Assembly: GCA_951406725.2 (NCBI GenBank)
Contig: OX597835.1
Span: 38,378,001 to 38,442,000, forward strand
DNA: 64,000 nucleotides
Reading direction: 5' to 3'
Source of the DNA: Octopus vulgaris
Lineage: Eukaryota
Position 1 is the stretch's first letter; each line of letters opens with the position of its first letter. A model generated the notes under the pieces. That model ran no database searches, was not told the origin of the DNA, and saw nothing but the letters and a program-made list of their open reading frames with translations. The position numbers and the translations under genes were made by a program. Shown piece by piece: positions 1 through 14,374 of this stretch.

Positions 1-104
1 CCACCACCATCCTCCCCCTCCTCCTCCTCCTCATCATCATCATCATGTTCACCACCACCACCATCCTCCTCCTCCTCCTCCTCCTCATCATCATCATCAT
101 GTTC

Positions 105-138
<34 letters not shown>

Positions 139-200
139 TCCGCAGCGACAAGACCAGTAGCAGCAGCAGCAACAGCAGCAACAGTAGTAGTAGTAGCAGG
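1..200. repeat. Compound trinucleotide microsatellite (CAC/CAT/CTC/CAG/TAG)
   Basis: Direct reading. Confidence 0.95.
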
Positions 201-925
201 AAAATAGAAAGAACGGCGGCGACAGCGATGGTGGCGTTTACAATGAATGCCAACGACAGCAAGGAAACAACTATTATAAGTTTCAAGAAAAAATATGTAA
301 CAGGTAAAAGGTAGTAGAGAGAGAGAAAGAAAGAAAGAGAGTAGGAGAGGGAAGGAGAGGGAGAGTGTGAGAAAAGAGAAATAGAGAAGGAAACTGGGAA
401 AACTGAAAGGGTAGGAGACCCAGGAAGAATGAGCGGGAGATGAAATAGGCGGTGTCTATGCATGTGTGTGTATGTGTATGTCTGTGTGAGTATATATACT
501 GCTGAACTGCGTCGAATAAAGGGGAGAGGAGTGCTCAATGCTTGCTGTTGAGAATGAGGTTCATTATCTGGTTTCATGCCACTGCGATCTTCAGGCGAGA
601 ACTGTTACAATTCGTTTTGTGTACAACAATAAATTTGGATTCAAGGACAACGACTGTTCAATATCTTGCCAAAACATCTGAGAGATCTACACTGAGCTTG
701 GGCGGGGTGGGGGGTAGATGTTGTCATGAAACAACTCGATTTTCTGCATTGCAAGGTACCAGAGGAACCTTACATTACGGCAAGAAACTGAAAAGAGAGC
801 AGCTGTATCGAACTCCTTCATCAAAAATCAAATCACAAAAGAATGACCATTTAAAACGTGATAACACCAGCGGTCCCCCAGTATGGCCACAGACTTTCGA
901 CTGAAACGCATAAAAGAATAAAAGA

Positions 926-1013
<88 letters not shown>

Positions 1014-1268
1014 CCACTACGCGCGTAGCCTAGTGCTTAAACTATTGCACTTACGTTCGCTCGAAGTGGGTTCGATATGTTCTTGAGAAAAACACTTCAT
1101 TTCACGTTGCAAATGTCCCTTTTCGATCAAGTGGGGGGGGATGTTGGCCTGCTCGCCTAGCCAGTGGAGTGGCATCATTCGATGGCTAAAACGATGCAAA
1201 GCGCATGGTGACTAGCGATGTGTTACAACATCTGATAATCTGGTCTGTCACATGGTCAGGTGATATAT

Positions 1269-1667
1269 GTGGCTGTGTGGTAAGTAGGTTGCTTACAAAC
1301 CACAAGGTTCCGGGTTCAGTCCCACTGCGTGACACTTTGGGCAAGTGTTTTCTACTATAGCGTCGGGCAGACCAAAGCCTTGTGAGTGGATTTGGTACAC
1401 GAAAACTGAAAGAAGCCCGTTGGATATGTATATATATATTCATGTATTGTGTGAGTATATGTTTGTGTTTCTGTGTTTGTCTCCCCAACATCGCTTGACA
1501 ACAGATACTAGTGTGTTTACGTCCTCGTAACTTAGCGGTTCGGCAAAAGGGACCGATAGAATAAGTACTAGGCTTACAAAGAATAAGTTCTGGAGTCGAT
1601 TTGCTTGACTCAAGGCGGTGCTCCAGCATGGCTACAGTCAAATGACTGAAACAAGTAAAAGTAAAAG
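1269..1667 (+). mobile_element. SINE family A (tRNA-like head, CORE-like segment, internal TA/TG microsatellite)
   Basis: TGGCTGTGTGGTAAG..GGGTTCAGTCCC..TTGGGCAAGTG..CAGTCAAATGACTGAAACAAGTAAAA; many copies in the window. Confidence 0.9.
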
Positions 1668-2919
1668 ATATATATATATATATATATAATAATAACAATA
1701 ATAATAATAATAATAATAATGATAATAATAATAATATTAGGGAGTATATCCAAACTTACAGGGAAAAATTAGATTTAGGATAAATCAAATTTCACAGTAT
1801 AAATATAAATTAAATTAGAGATAAAACCACTATTAGGCAAATCAAACAGTGATAGACATAAAAAACAAAATAAATATAATTAATATGATATATAATATAT
1901 ATATAAAATATTGAATTTAAAATTTAAATTATTAAAATTTATATATTTTTAAATTTTTAAATTTTTAAACTTAAAATCTTTTTTTTATGTAACTAACCAA
2001 AAAGTATAAAAAAGTTAAATATAATATAATAAGTAATATATATATATCCGATGGTGTGGGAGCGATTTTTTGCTTGCCTTTTTTCATTAGCTGCTCTTCA
2101 GCAGCTGATACTTGGCTGTTATTTTTCTATTGCATCATTAGTTACTTTTGTGACACACTGTATATTTCCCTTCTATTTGTTCAGGAGGGAACAAGTTTTT
2201 AATCCCTTTTTTTAAAGGCATTATTTGTATTGTGCTACATATTTTAATCTAATTAAAACGGTCCTACGCTTCGTTTTTGGTCAAATTTAGTTTGGGTACG
2301 CATTGTATTAAGGTTTGCAAATATTGTTGCCATGCTACGATGTTTTTCGTTGGTGAGATTTTTCTTTCGATCAAAGTTAGGGAAATTTTAATGATTTGTT
2401 TGTGTGTGTCTATGCAGTGGCGGTTGTGGTGGTGGTGGTGGGTTGAAAAATGTAACAGTAAAACTAATTAAAGACGTATTCATTTTAATAGTGGCTGATA
2501 GTGTAACAGGTATTTCAAGCATGAGTACCTATTCCTAATGTGTTTCAATTTTTGGTTTGGTTTGGTTTGGTCAAGAATGAAGGAATTTTATGGGTAAGGA
2601 TTAAGGTATAGAATGAATTAAACGTCCTTTTAGTTTATATCATTATGTTTTTTTGTGAATTTTCAATCTTTAGAGTTGTTTGCTTGGTTCAGGCGTTTCA
2701 TTTTGCCTTGTGTACTAAAACATATGGTTCAGTATGTTTGTGCACCTGTGCATTTCAGCAAGAGCCTGATTTTAATTGCTGTTGGTGTATGTATGAGTTT
2801 GGTGTTCGCTGTGTTTAACCTGGGTCAACTAACCGCAATTCGATTCTCGGTGGCATATTTTGTTCACGTAATATGTCTCTAGAGCAATACTAGTTGTTGA
2901 GATATATATGTATGTATGC

Positions 2920-2971
<52 letters not shown>

Positions 2972-3079
2972 CATATATATGTTTACATAACACATAATAT
3001 ATATATATATGTGTGTGTGTCTCTAAGTAAACATATATTTAAATATATATATGTATGTATATATATAAATATATAGAAC

Positions 3080-3113
<34 letters not shown>

Positions 3114-3132
3114 GTATATATGTATATATATG

Positions 3133-3164
<32 letters not shown>

Positions 3165-3182
3165 GATATGTTTATATATCTA

Positions 3183-3299
<117 letters not shown>

Positions 3300-3719
3300 G
3301 TATGTATGTATGTATGTATGTATTTATATGTACATATTTTATTGTATCTGGGGAGAGTCATTCTCTTTTAGTGCTTTATTACTTAACACACGCACCGGTT
3401 CGATTTCCGCTCATGTATTTATTTTCCTAAAATTTTCGTTGCGTTTTGCAACCTCTTCGATAGTCGTTGATTCTGTCCGTTATCAGAGCTGCGTCTTATT
3501 GTTTGTTCGTTTGTTTATGCGCACATGCGTGCGTCAGCGTGCATGTCTATACACATATACATGTATGTATGTATTTATGCATGTAATGTATGCGTATATG
3601 CATGTATGCGTGTGTATGCATATGTATATGTATGCTTGTGTATACGTTTTTATGTATGTATTCTGCATATTCATGTGTTTGTGTGTTTATGTTTGTGTGT
3701 ATGTGTGTTTGTTTTCTTC

Positions 3720-4160
3720 CCCTTGGCAGTGAAGAAAAGCACCGTAGGGCACTGGAGTTGCTGGATCATACCCACCTAGGATCCTGAGAGCAGCAGTCAG
3801 GCGAAAAGAAGGATTGCACATGAAATAGGGCCTAGCATAAGACCCACCTTGAAGAACCCCATAGTAACGTTTAACAGGAAACTATACAAGCGGGTTTAAA
3901 GTGCAGTCATTGGTGTCAGTATGGCTGGAGATGTGGCCGGCCTCTTCATGACCTGGTGGGACAGAAAACTTCGGCAATCCATAGCGGAACAATCCCTAAC
4001 TGTTTTGCTTTCCTCTAGGTACGTAGACGGCATTAATATCCTAGTTAGGACAAACACTAGTAACTGTAATATAGAAACGTAGAGGAACGTAATTGAGAAC
4101 ATCCAGCACGTAGCTTACTCCATCCACCAAGGTATATAGGTAACTATAAACTACCGCACT
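3720..4160 (+). pseudogene. Penelope-like reverse transcriptase fragment (decayed)
   Basis: Frame from 3846: TFNRKLYKRV*SAVIGVSMAGDVAGLFMTWWD...SRYVDGINIL...IQHVAYSIHQGI*VTINY; YVDD read as YVDG; internal stops. Confidence 0.8.
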
Positions 4161-4163
4161 ACA

Positions 4164-4380
4164 GGGCGGCGAGCTGGCAGAAACGTTAGGACGCCGGGCG
4201 AAATGCGTAGCCGTATTTCGTCTGCCGTCACGTTCTGAGTTCAAGTTCGGCCTAGGTCGATTTTGCCTTTCATCCTTTCGGGGTCGATAAATACAGTACC
4301 AGTTTCGCACTGGGGTCGATGTAATCGACTTACTCCCTTTCTCTGTCCTTATTTGTCCCCTCTATGTTTAGCCCCTTGCA
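4164..4380 (+). mobile_element. SINE family B (Meta-domain-like), monomer
   Basis: GGCGGCGAGCTGGCAGAAACG..GAGTTCAA..GCCTTTCATCCTTTCGGGGTCGATAAA..GTACCAG; the central block resembles the MetaSINE domain as recalled. Confidence 0.85.
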
Positions 4381-4676
4381 GTGCATGTAGTTCTCTGGAT
4401 ATGAGCAGGGAATTGCATATGCGTGCACACTGATGCACTATTATGCGCATAAACAATAAACAAAAAGAACGCAGCTCAGATAACGAACGGAGTCTAGGAC
4501 TATTTAAGAGTTTGCAAGACGCAACGAAAATTTTGGAAAAAAATTAAATAAATAAACGAATGGAAATCGAACCGGTGAGTGTGTTAAGTAATAAGGCACT
4601 AAAAGAGAATGACACAATAAAATATACTTCAACACACGAATTCACATAAAGAATCTTGCCAACCAAATACAAAAAC

Positions 4677-4776
<100 letters not shown>

Positions 4777-4907
4777 ACACATACACACACATAAATATAA
4801 ATAAATATATGGGACAGTGTGTATTTAACTAGGTTTGGCTGTGTATGCAATGTGAGAGAGAGAGAGAGAGAGAGAGAGGGGGAAAGAAAGAAAGAAAGAA
4901 TGAATGA

Positions 4908-4947
<40 letters not shown>

Positions 4948-5014
4948 GAGAGTGATGGAAAGAGAAGGAAAGAGAGTGACATTGGATTAATATTTTCCCG
5001 ATCGGTGCTCGGAC

Positions 5015-5400
5015 CGTTTTTGAAAGTAAATTTCTGCTGGTGTCTGCAACGTAATGTGATTCCATTTCTCTTTTCTAAAAGCTATGTTTTCGCGTTATTA
5101 TGCGGTATTTGTCTGGTTTGCGAAGGAAGTAGATTGTGGAATCATTTATGCATGATATTGCGCAGTATGTAATTCCCCTTTCTATAATTCTATAATTGTG
5201 GTTACACTGTGCTAGTTCAAAGTACTTATATGTTTTGACAGGGATATTGCGATTGTTTTCTGTATATCTTGGATGTATACAAATCCCTTTGCGGATTCTA
5301 CTAGTAGCGCCAATGTAGTATTTTCCGGTTTGTTAAATTTAGGATACAGTTGTTTTACAAATTGTTTATATTGAATTGTCATGTAGTGGACAACTATTTG
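5015..5400 (-). pseudogene. Decayed PLE GIY-YIG endonuclease and C-terminus
   Basis: Minus-strand pieces GKYYIGATSR, SLSKHI and LEKRNGITLRCRHQQKF match the YIG / LSKHIW / LNKR.E....CRH..KF pattern; frameshifts present. Confidence 0.6.
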
Positions 5401-5461
5401 CTCTAGTGACGTTACATGCGCTGTGACTGTGGGCTACACGCTCCATATGTGTCTTGATAAT

Positions 5462-5536
5462 CGCTAAGTTACGGGGACGTAAATACCCCAACATCGGTTG
5501 TCAAGTGACGGTGGGGGGACAATTACAGACACACAA

Positions 5537-5613
<77 letters not shown>

Positions 5614-5770
5614 TGATATATACGACGGCTTTCTTTCAGTTTCCGTCTACCAGATCCACTAACTAGGCCTTGCTCAGCCCGAGGCTAGAGTGGAAGTCAC
5701 CTGCCTAAGGTGCCACGCAGTGGAACTGAACTCGGAACCATGTGGTTGGGTAGCAAGCTTCTTACCACAT
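5462..5770 (-). mobile_element. SINE family A, partial
   Basis: Reverse-strand match to the family A head and body. Confidence 0.8.
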
Positions 5771-5810
5771 GTATGAATATCTCTATTCATCCAGCTATCT
5801 CTCACTGTAC

Positions 5811-5841
<31 letters not shown>

Positions 5842-5883
5842 TGTATGTATGTATGTATGTATGTATGTATGTATGTATGTATG

Positions 5884-5955
<72 letters not shown>

Positions 5956-6306
5956 GTTCTTGTTACCACTTTTACCCCTCCGCAAAAAATCCCAATTTTA
6001 TTTAATTTGCTTTGCGGGAAGAACTGTTTCAACGAAGTCCTGTCTTGCCCTTATCTTCGAAACGCGGAGTAGCCGAAACAGGGGCAACTGAAGAAGGGGG
6101 ATATTCCTTGTGCTGTATGTCTTGTACTCTGTTTTTTTTGTTGTTTGAAAAAAAGTCTATTTCCATGTTTTTGTTTGTATGTTTTCGTTTCTCGTTGTTT
6201 TCAACGTCTTTTGGTGTCCTGTACCCATATGCATGTATATATACATAGAGATGTAGGTATGTACATATATGTATGTATCTAGGCATATGTTTTATATATT
6301 ATTTTG

Positions 6307-6395
<89 letters not shown>

Positions 6396-6821
6396 CGCAC
6401 TCACATCATAATTATAAATATACATACACATTTATTGAAGAGTTTTCTGAGGTAAAATATTTTTTAGAACAACATAAGTTTAGGCTTACTGCTGAAAATT
6501 AAACAAGTTAGATAAAACACAATTATTTTTAATCAATCTTTCCCTGAGGAGAAAAAAATTATTTCAACTGACTAGTTTTTAATCTTCTTAGGTCTTCATA
6601 TACAAAAAGAATAGATATTTTCTGTCCAGAAAGAGAATAGTAGCGTATAGTTATTTATAGGGAATACAATCTTGTACACATTGGAATTAGTCAGGTATGT
6701 ATAAATTGAATATTGTATAAAAATTATGAATTTTACATTGATTTTTAAATTATCTAAAATCTATTCAAAATGGTCGTAAGTACCTTATATATGTGTGTGT
6801 GTAATATGTATATGTGTGTAC

Positions 6822-6878
<57 letters not shown>

Positions 6879-7148
6879 TGTGTAGTAAGAGTAGGATTTC
6901 AAAGAATCGCACTGAACTCACACCAAGCTCTTCGTCGGATGCGTGGCATTCGAGAAACACTGTGAAAGTTTGGCGTTTTAACCTGCCATGAAATGTTCTG
7001 AACTGTAGTCTGTTCGTTATGTTACAGCATAGTTATATTTATTGGTGTATATATATTCATATGTACATTCATTTACGAAACTGCTACAAAGCAGTAGAAT
7101 AAACATTTATTTTCGCAATTCATTACCCTTATCTGGTAATTTTAACTC

Positions 7149-7202
<54 letters not shown>

Positions 7203-7258
7203 AATCTATCAATCTATCTATTTCTCTCTCTCCACACACATATATATATATACATACA

Positions 7259-7306
<48 letters not shown>

Positions 7307-7332
7307 CACACATATATATATATATATATATA

Positions 7333-7490
7333 GGGAGAGTTTACGAAAAGAACAAAAGACGAAGACAGGTGGTGTACAAAACAGACAGATGTATTAGTAT
7401 AACGCTCAGGAATAGAAAAAGTATTTTACGTTTCGAGCCTACGCTCTTCCACAGAAAGGGCCACAGAAAAAAACAAGGAGAGAAACAAGG
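7333..7490 (-). repeat. Interspersed pLTR-like repeat (also 15277-15450 - and 36258-36445 +)
   Basis: All three share GAAGAGCGTAGGCT(C/T)GAAACGTAA and flanking sequence. Confidence 0.75.
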
Positions 7491-7512
7491 TTTGTATGCA
7501 TATGTATATATT

Positions 7513-7723
7513 AACAGGCTAAGGGTTTCAAGGCAAATGAGAAAAGCGGCTGCAAATATACAGCCTGAACTGACTCATAATCCTCAGCCTTGCAACATTT
7601 GCGGGCTTCTTTGCAAAGCGTTGTCGGGACTCAAATGTCACATTCGACATAAGCATTATGACTAGTAAAGAAAGAGAACGTTATCGGAGCCTCATACGTC
7701 GAAACCGACGTGAGAGTCCATCA
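7513..7723 (+). mobile_element. 3' end of an RTE-clade LINE (C-terminal C2H2 finger plus 3' UTR)
   Basis: CNICGLLCKALSGLKCHIRHKH, then a stop, a short UTR with CGTCG-aaac-CGACG hairpin, and a microsatellite tail. Confidence 0.7.
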
Positions 7724-7986
7724 TATATATATATATATATATATCCATCCCGGCACTCTCACTCGCAGTTAATGGCAATTGATTTTTTTTCCTTTTTGGC
7801 TTAATTTTGCGTATATTTGCCTTGGTGGTTGCATATATAACACGTAAGCAGAGCGTAGAAGATTGCATTAAGATACATAGAGTATTTTATAACTATGCCT
7901 ATTCAAGTATCATAACAGCATGAAACTGTTAGTAGCTCTTTTGGTTGTGTATTTTGGTCGTTATATTCTATATATATATATGCAAG

Positions 7987-8036
<50 letters not shown>

Positions 8037-8188
8037 TATATATATGTATATATATATACACACATATATATAATGTAATATATATATATATATAATATTA
8101 TATATATATTATATGCGTATGCACGTGTGTGAGTGTATGTATATATGGATAAATATTTTATGCTTTATATAATATTTGTTTGTATCTA

Positions 8189-8231
<43 letters not shown>

Positions 8232-8340
8232 AGTGTGTGTGTTTGTAAAAGAAGGGTGAGAAGTAATATACATATGTATATATACACAAATATACTATAT
8301 AATATTATAGTATAATATATTATATCATACCCTATATGTA

Positions 8341-8386
<46 letters not shown>

Positions 8387-8569
8387 ACGTTGTATATATT
8401 ATATACTATATATATTTTATATATCATATACCAACATTGAGTAGTGAATGCAGTAGTTATGTTGAAGGAGAGAATAACTTGAAATACAAAATAAATGCTT
8501 GATGCTGGACTGAACATAACGTTACCATAGTGATGTGAAGCACATCGCAGAATAGAGCAGCCTCACTGA

Positions 8570-8857
8570 AAGTATTGCGGCGGCGGTAGTGGTGGGTGTT
8601 GTGGTGGCGGAGATTGTAGTGGTTGAGTTCGTAGTTGTTGTGGTAGTAAGAATGTGTGGTGATGGTGGTTAGGTTGTAGTCTAGTGAGGTCTTATTGGCT
8701 TTGGTGTAGTAGGTAGTGGTGGAGATGGTGGCGTTGATGGTAATGGTGTTAGTGGTGGCGGTAGTGATTGTTGTTGTTATTGTTCTTGTGGTGGTGGTGG
8801 TGGTTGTAGTGATTGTGGCTGTTCTTGTAGTATTGGTGGTGGTGGTTGTAATGATTG

Positions 8858-8891
<34 letters not shown>

Positions 8892-9445
8892 GATGTTGGT
8901 GTTGGTTGCGCTAATTGTACTGATTGTTGTTGAGGCTTTTGTTGTTGTTGTTTTGGTGGTGGTGGTAGTGGTTGCAGTGATTGCTGTTGCTGTTGTTGTT
9001 GTTGTTGTTGTTGTTGTGGTGGTGGTGGTGGTGGTGGTGGTGGTGGTGGTGATGGTTGTGGTGGGGGTGATTGTTGTGGTGGTGTTGATGGTTGTGGTTG
9101 TTGTGGTAGTGGCAGGATTGTTGATGGTGGTGGTGGTTGTGGTGGTGGTGATGGTTGTGGTGGGGGTTATTGTTGTGATGGTAGTGATGGTAGTGCTGGT
9201 GATGGTTGTGGTGGTTGTGGTGGTTGTTGTGTTGGTGGTAGTATTGTTGATGGTGGTGGTGGTTTTTTGATGATGGTGGCGATAGTAGGGGCGTTGGTGA
9301 TGGTGGCGATGTTGGCAGTGGTGATGATTTTGGTGTTGATGATGATAGTAATGGGGATGATGGTGAAGGTGATGATGGGGTTGGTGAGAAGGGCGGGGTG
9401 AAGTAGTGATGATAGTGCTCGTGGTTGTGATGGTTGTTGTTGTTG

Positions 9446-9477
<32 letters not shown>

Positions 9478-10470
9478 GGTGAAGGTGGTATTGGTGGTCC
9501 TAATGGGGGTGGGGTGGTGGTGGTTGTGGTGGTGTTATATGGAGGAGCACTTGAAGGTTGTCGGTCGCTATTGTTGACCCCTAACTCAATATTCCTGATC
9601 GAACAGGTATATAATCAAAGCTTTACAACCGTGACCACCACATCTCTCTGAAGATAATTAACGACTAGGCCATTCAAAACCCGATAGTGTGTACTTGAAG
9701 GGAGATTTGGCTGCTATTTTAAGTAGGTCTAACGACCACGTAAAACTGCTCAGTCGTTTACCACGGGTGGGTGATAGTGGAGTGGTGATATTGTGGTAGT
9801 ATAGATGGTAGTATAGAGTGGTATGGCTGATAGTAGTGATGGTTGTTGTTGCTGTTGTTGGGTCGCAGTAAGATCACTTAGATATCAGTGTTGTTCTTTA
9901 TTATATGAAAGTGGGAGTGAGGTGGAGTGGGAGAAGAGTGTGAGGAAAATGGTGAGAGAGAGAGAGAGGGGTGAAATAGTGAAGGGAGAGGAAGGAAAGA
10001 GGGAAGAGGGGAGGGAGAGGAAAGGTAAAGAGAGACGAGAGATATAGAGAGAGGTCTGAGAGTCATAGAGTGATAGACAGAGGGAAGAAAGAAAGGAGAG
10101 GAAAGAGAGAGAGAGCAGAAAGAGGGAAGAGAGAGAAGGAAGAGAGAGAGGGGAGAGGGAGGATGAGAGAGGGGGGGAGGGAGGGGAGGGGGGGACAGGG
10201 GAGAAAGAGAGAGACGGGAGAAAGAAACAGGAGAGAGAGGGTGGAAAGAGGAGGGAGAGAGTGAGTGAGAGGGAGAGGGGAAAGAGAAAGAGGGAGAGAT
10301 AAAGACAAGGGTGGAGAGAGGGAAGAGAAAGCGTGAGAGAAATACAGATTGAGGGAGGAGGGAGAGGGTGAGGAAGAGTGGGGAAGAGGATGTGGAAGAG
10401 GGGAGGAAGAGGGGAGGAGGAAGAGGAGGAAGAGGGGGAAGAGGGGAAGAGGGGGAGGAGGAGGAGGAGA
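8570..10470. repeat. Degenerate (GTG/GTT)n tract (8570-9540) and GA-rich purine tract (9950-10470)
   Basis: Direct reading. Confidence 0.9.
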
Positions 10471-10758
10471 GAAGCACTATGTACATCTGTGATTCAAAGT
10501 GAGACCTGTAGAATGTGTGTGTATGAGTGTGTGTGTGTTTCGTTGCAACAACGTGTATATATATATGTGTGTATGTATGTTTGTGTGTGTTTGACCACGA
10601 GTGTGCGCGTGCGTGAATGTAACGCAAAACTCGTTTGTTTTCGACAATATATAAAATTAATAAGGTTTCAATGACGTTGCCTCGATTACGCAAACACACT
10701 TTGTACTCGCAAACACATCTCAAAATACACATACACGGACATATATATATATATATGC

Positions 10759-10796
<38 letters not shown>

Positions 10797-10797
10797 A

Positions 10798-10924
<127 letters not shown>

Positions 10925-10928
10925 ACCC

Positions 10929-10980
<52 letters not shown>

Positions 10981-10996
10981 GTCTCTCTGCCCGTCA

Positions 10997-11134
<138 letters not shown>

Positions 11135-11262
11135 CCACACACATATATATCTACATACAAACATACATACATACAGATATACATACAAAAACACATATTC
11201 TCACAAACGCACAAACATGATACATACGTATATGCATACATATATACCTGTATATATATATA

Positions 11263-12524
11263 CGAGGGGCGTTCAATAAGTAATGCCCCTGACCCACTTC
11301 CCATAGCAGTAGAGCAACGAAACTTGGCACAGTTATTAGTCTTTTTCTACATAGGAACCACCCAGCGTTACGCATTTCTCACATCGTTCGATGCAGCTCT
11401 GGAGACCGTTTTTGTAGAAGACACCAGCTTGGTCCTCCAACCACGACGTGACTTCAGAAATCAAGGCTGCATCATCTGGGAAACGCTTTCCTTTCAAAAA
11501 CAACTTCATGGCTGGGAAGAGGTGAAAATCAGAGGGTGCAAGGTCAGGAGAGTAGGGGGGATGGGGGATGAGTTCATAGCCGCACGACTGTGCTTCTGAT
11601 CTGGCGACACGCGAGTTGTGGACCGGAGCGTTGTCCTGCAAGAGGAGGATGCCTTTGCTGATCTTGCCCCGCCTCTTGATTTTGATAGCTTCTCTTAATT
11701 TCCTCAAAAGGGAAGCATAATAGGCTCCTGTAATTGTGGTACCCTTTGCCAGGAAATCTGTCATCAATACTCCGTCCTGGTCCCAGAAGACTGTGAGCAT
11801 GACCTTGCCAGCAGAAGGCTGCACCCTTGCCTTCTTTGGAGGAGATGAGTGACGGTGTGTCCACTGCATTGACTGGGCTTTGGTCTCTGGATCATCGTGA
11901 TGGACCCAGGATTCATTCTGTGTTATCAGTCTTTTGAAAAATTTTGACTCATCTTCTTGGCACATCTCCAAATTCATCCTCGAGCAATCGACGCGTTCTT
12001 GCTACTGGAAAGATGTGAGCAACCTGGGAATCCATCTGGCAGACACCTTTTGCATATGCAAATGGTCATGAATGATAGTTTCCACAGACCCGGTACTAAT
12101 CTTGACCTCATGAGCTATTTGGCGAATAGTTATGCGTCGATCTTCCAAAATGGCAGCCTCAACATGACGGATAGATGCCTCATCAATGGCGAAGGGGCGA
12201 CCAGATCTGGAAGCTGTTTCCACAGAGTTCCGACCATGTTTGAATTCACGATGCCAGCGTTTTACAAGGTCATATCACCATAAGTTACTTTCATTTCATC
12301 AAAGTCTCCCGTGGTGTGCGTCCTTTCAAATACAAAAACCGCATCACTGCTCGACATTCAACAGGCTCCATTTCACACTTGACTCAGTTCAAACACCTGT
12401 AAATCGGAAACCACAATTAGTTCAGAGCTGTAATTTGCCACTTAAACTATAGAGATATAAATAATTGTACATGCAATTAAATAACTGCAAGTGGGTCAGG
12501 AGCATTACTTATTGAACGCCCCTC

Positions 12525-12525
<1 letters not shown>
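11263..12525 (-). mobile_element. Full-length mariner DNA transposon (1263 bp), defective
   Basis: 37-bp TIRs CGAGGGGCGTTCAATAAGTAATGC(C/T)CCTGACCCACTT at 11263 and ending at 12525 (one mismatch); flanked by TA within (TA)n. Confidence 0.97.
11336..12371 (-). pseudogene. Mariner DD34D transposase pseudogene
   Basis: ATG at 12371 (MEPVECRAVMRFLYLKG), N-terminal frameshift or deletion, WIPRLL motif, in-frame TAG at 12002-12004, first catalytic D read as N (ITQNESW), and QDNAPVH...YSPDLAPSD with 34-aa spacing. Confidence 0.95.
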
Positions 12526-12600
<75 letters not shown>

Positions 12601-12883
12601 GTGTGTGTGTATCTATATAGATATAGATATACTTATATAAACATGCATGTATTATACATATGTATATGCATATATCACTGTGTGCATTTGTCTATGTATT
12701 TATATATAATATATATACAATTCTGTACATTCGTCATATTCTATATACGCATAAAAGTATGTTGAACATTGACCATTTTATACACAAGTCCGTTTGAATA
12801 CGTTTCCACAAACACACTCACAAATATATACACATCTACGTTACATGCATTCATACAAGTATACATACACACACACACATATA

Positions 12884-12958
<75 letters not shown>

Positions 12959-13802
12959 CATACGTATGTACATATATGTATATATATGCATACGTAGGCA
13001 TTTATACGGTAACCATTTCAGATTTGATATGGTTGTATGAAGAATGTTAGTTACGAATTTATAGAAATACATAAATACTTAAAAAATGTTCTATATCTGT
13101 GCGTGCGTATGTGCGTGCATATTTTCAATAAGCATTTTGTATCGGCTCCGCATTATTGAAATATATGTAACTCCTACTGAATGTATTGAGTGCTACTTTC
13201 CTTTATGTGTTTGTGTGTGTGCGTGTGTAGATATATACATACACACACATACATACATTTATATACATATATGCTTGCATACAGGTAGACAGTGTGATAG
13301 ATAGGTGGATGGCTAGACAGGTGTACGTATAGGCATATATACCTATATACATATATAGAATTTATATACACGCACACCCACACACAAACACAGATATATA
13401 TATATATATACACACATTCATAAATTTAGACATACACACAAAGACACATATATCTATCGTGTATACATAAACACGATCAGAATGTTAATGCTCTCAAAGA
13501 ACACCACCATTCTCATGATATTCTTCAGTAACTCGGGTATTACCATATTGTGGAACCTGTTAACATCTATACTCCTAGGTGACCTTTCCATATATTTCAA
13601 AAGCCGATTGTTCTTGCACAGTTGATCAAATTCTATGATGGACATAAACACTCCGAAGCCGCGAGGAATTCAGTTCATTGATTAAGTAAATATAATTGTT
13701 CAGAGTTTTTTTTACTATGTTGCCGGCCTTTGCGAACTTATAGTCATCTCATGTCCGTACATGACATTTTAAAGATATATTTGTCGACTATATATCATAT
13801 CC

Positions 13803-14374
13803 CGGCGAGCTGGCAGAAACGTTAGCACGCCGGGCGAAAGGCTTAGCAGTATTTCGTCTGCCGTTACGTTCTGAGTTCAAATTCCGCCGAGGTTGACCTT
13901 GCCTTTCATCCTTTCGGGGTCGATTAAATAAGTACCAATTATGCACTGGGATCGATATAATCAACTTAATCTGTTTGTCTGTCCTTGTTTGTCCTCTCCG
14001 TGTTTAGCCCCTTGTGAGTAGTAAAGAAATAGGTATTTCGTCTGCCGTTACGTTCTGAGTTCAAATTCTCGCCGAGGTCAACTTTGCCTTTCATCCTGTC
14101 TGTCCTTGGTTGTCCTCTCTGTTTTAGCCCCTTGTGGGTAGTAAAGAAATAGATTATATATATATCTACGAGGGGCTGCTGGCTTTAAGGGTGTCGCGAA
14201 TGGCCGTTACGTTCTGAGTTCAAATTCCGCCGAGCTCGATTTTGCCTTTCATCCTTTCTGGGTCGATTAAATAAATACCAGTTACGCACTGGGGTCGATA
14301 TAATCGACTTAATCCGTTTGTCTGTTCTTGTTTTTCCTCTCTGTGTTTAGCTCCTTGTGGGTAGTAAAGAAATA
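13803..14374 (+). mobile_element. SINE family B, multimeric and rearranged
   Basis: Head plus repeated body; junction GAAATA|GGTATT at 14032. Confidence 0.85.

Larger units (their letters stand above)
3334..4625. repeat. Inverted pair of diverged pLTR-like repeats (3334-3523 and 4444-4625) around the PLE RT fragment
   Basis: GTCATTCTCTTTTAGTGC..ACCGGTTCGATTTCC on + at 3357 and on - near 4613; both carry a decayed hammerhead-like motif. Confidence 0.7.

Noticed and set aside
7042-7665. 207-aa ORF with a C2H2-like end as a host zinc-finger gene
   Set aside because: It is a chance read-through of microsatellite, an interspersed repeat and an RTE 3' end.
11336-11977. 213-aa ORF as an active transposase or SETMAR
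   Set aside because: It lacks the N-terminal DNA-binding part in frame, the first catalytic Asp is Asn, there is no SET domain, and it is bounded by TIRs.
13454-13651. 65-aa non-repetitive minus-strand ORF
   Set aside because: No recognisable motif or clear splice signals; probably decayed repeat.
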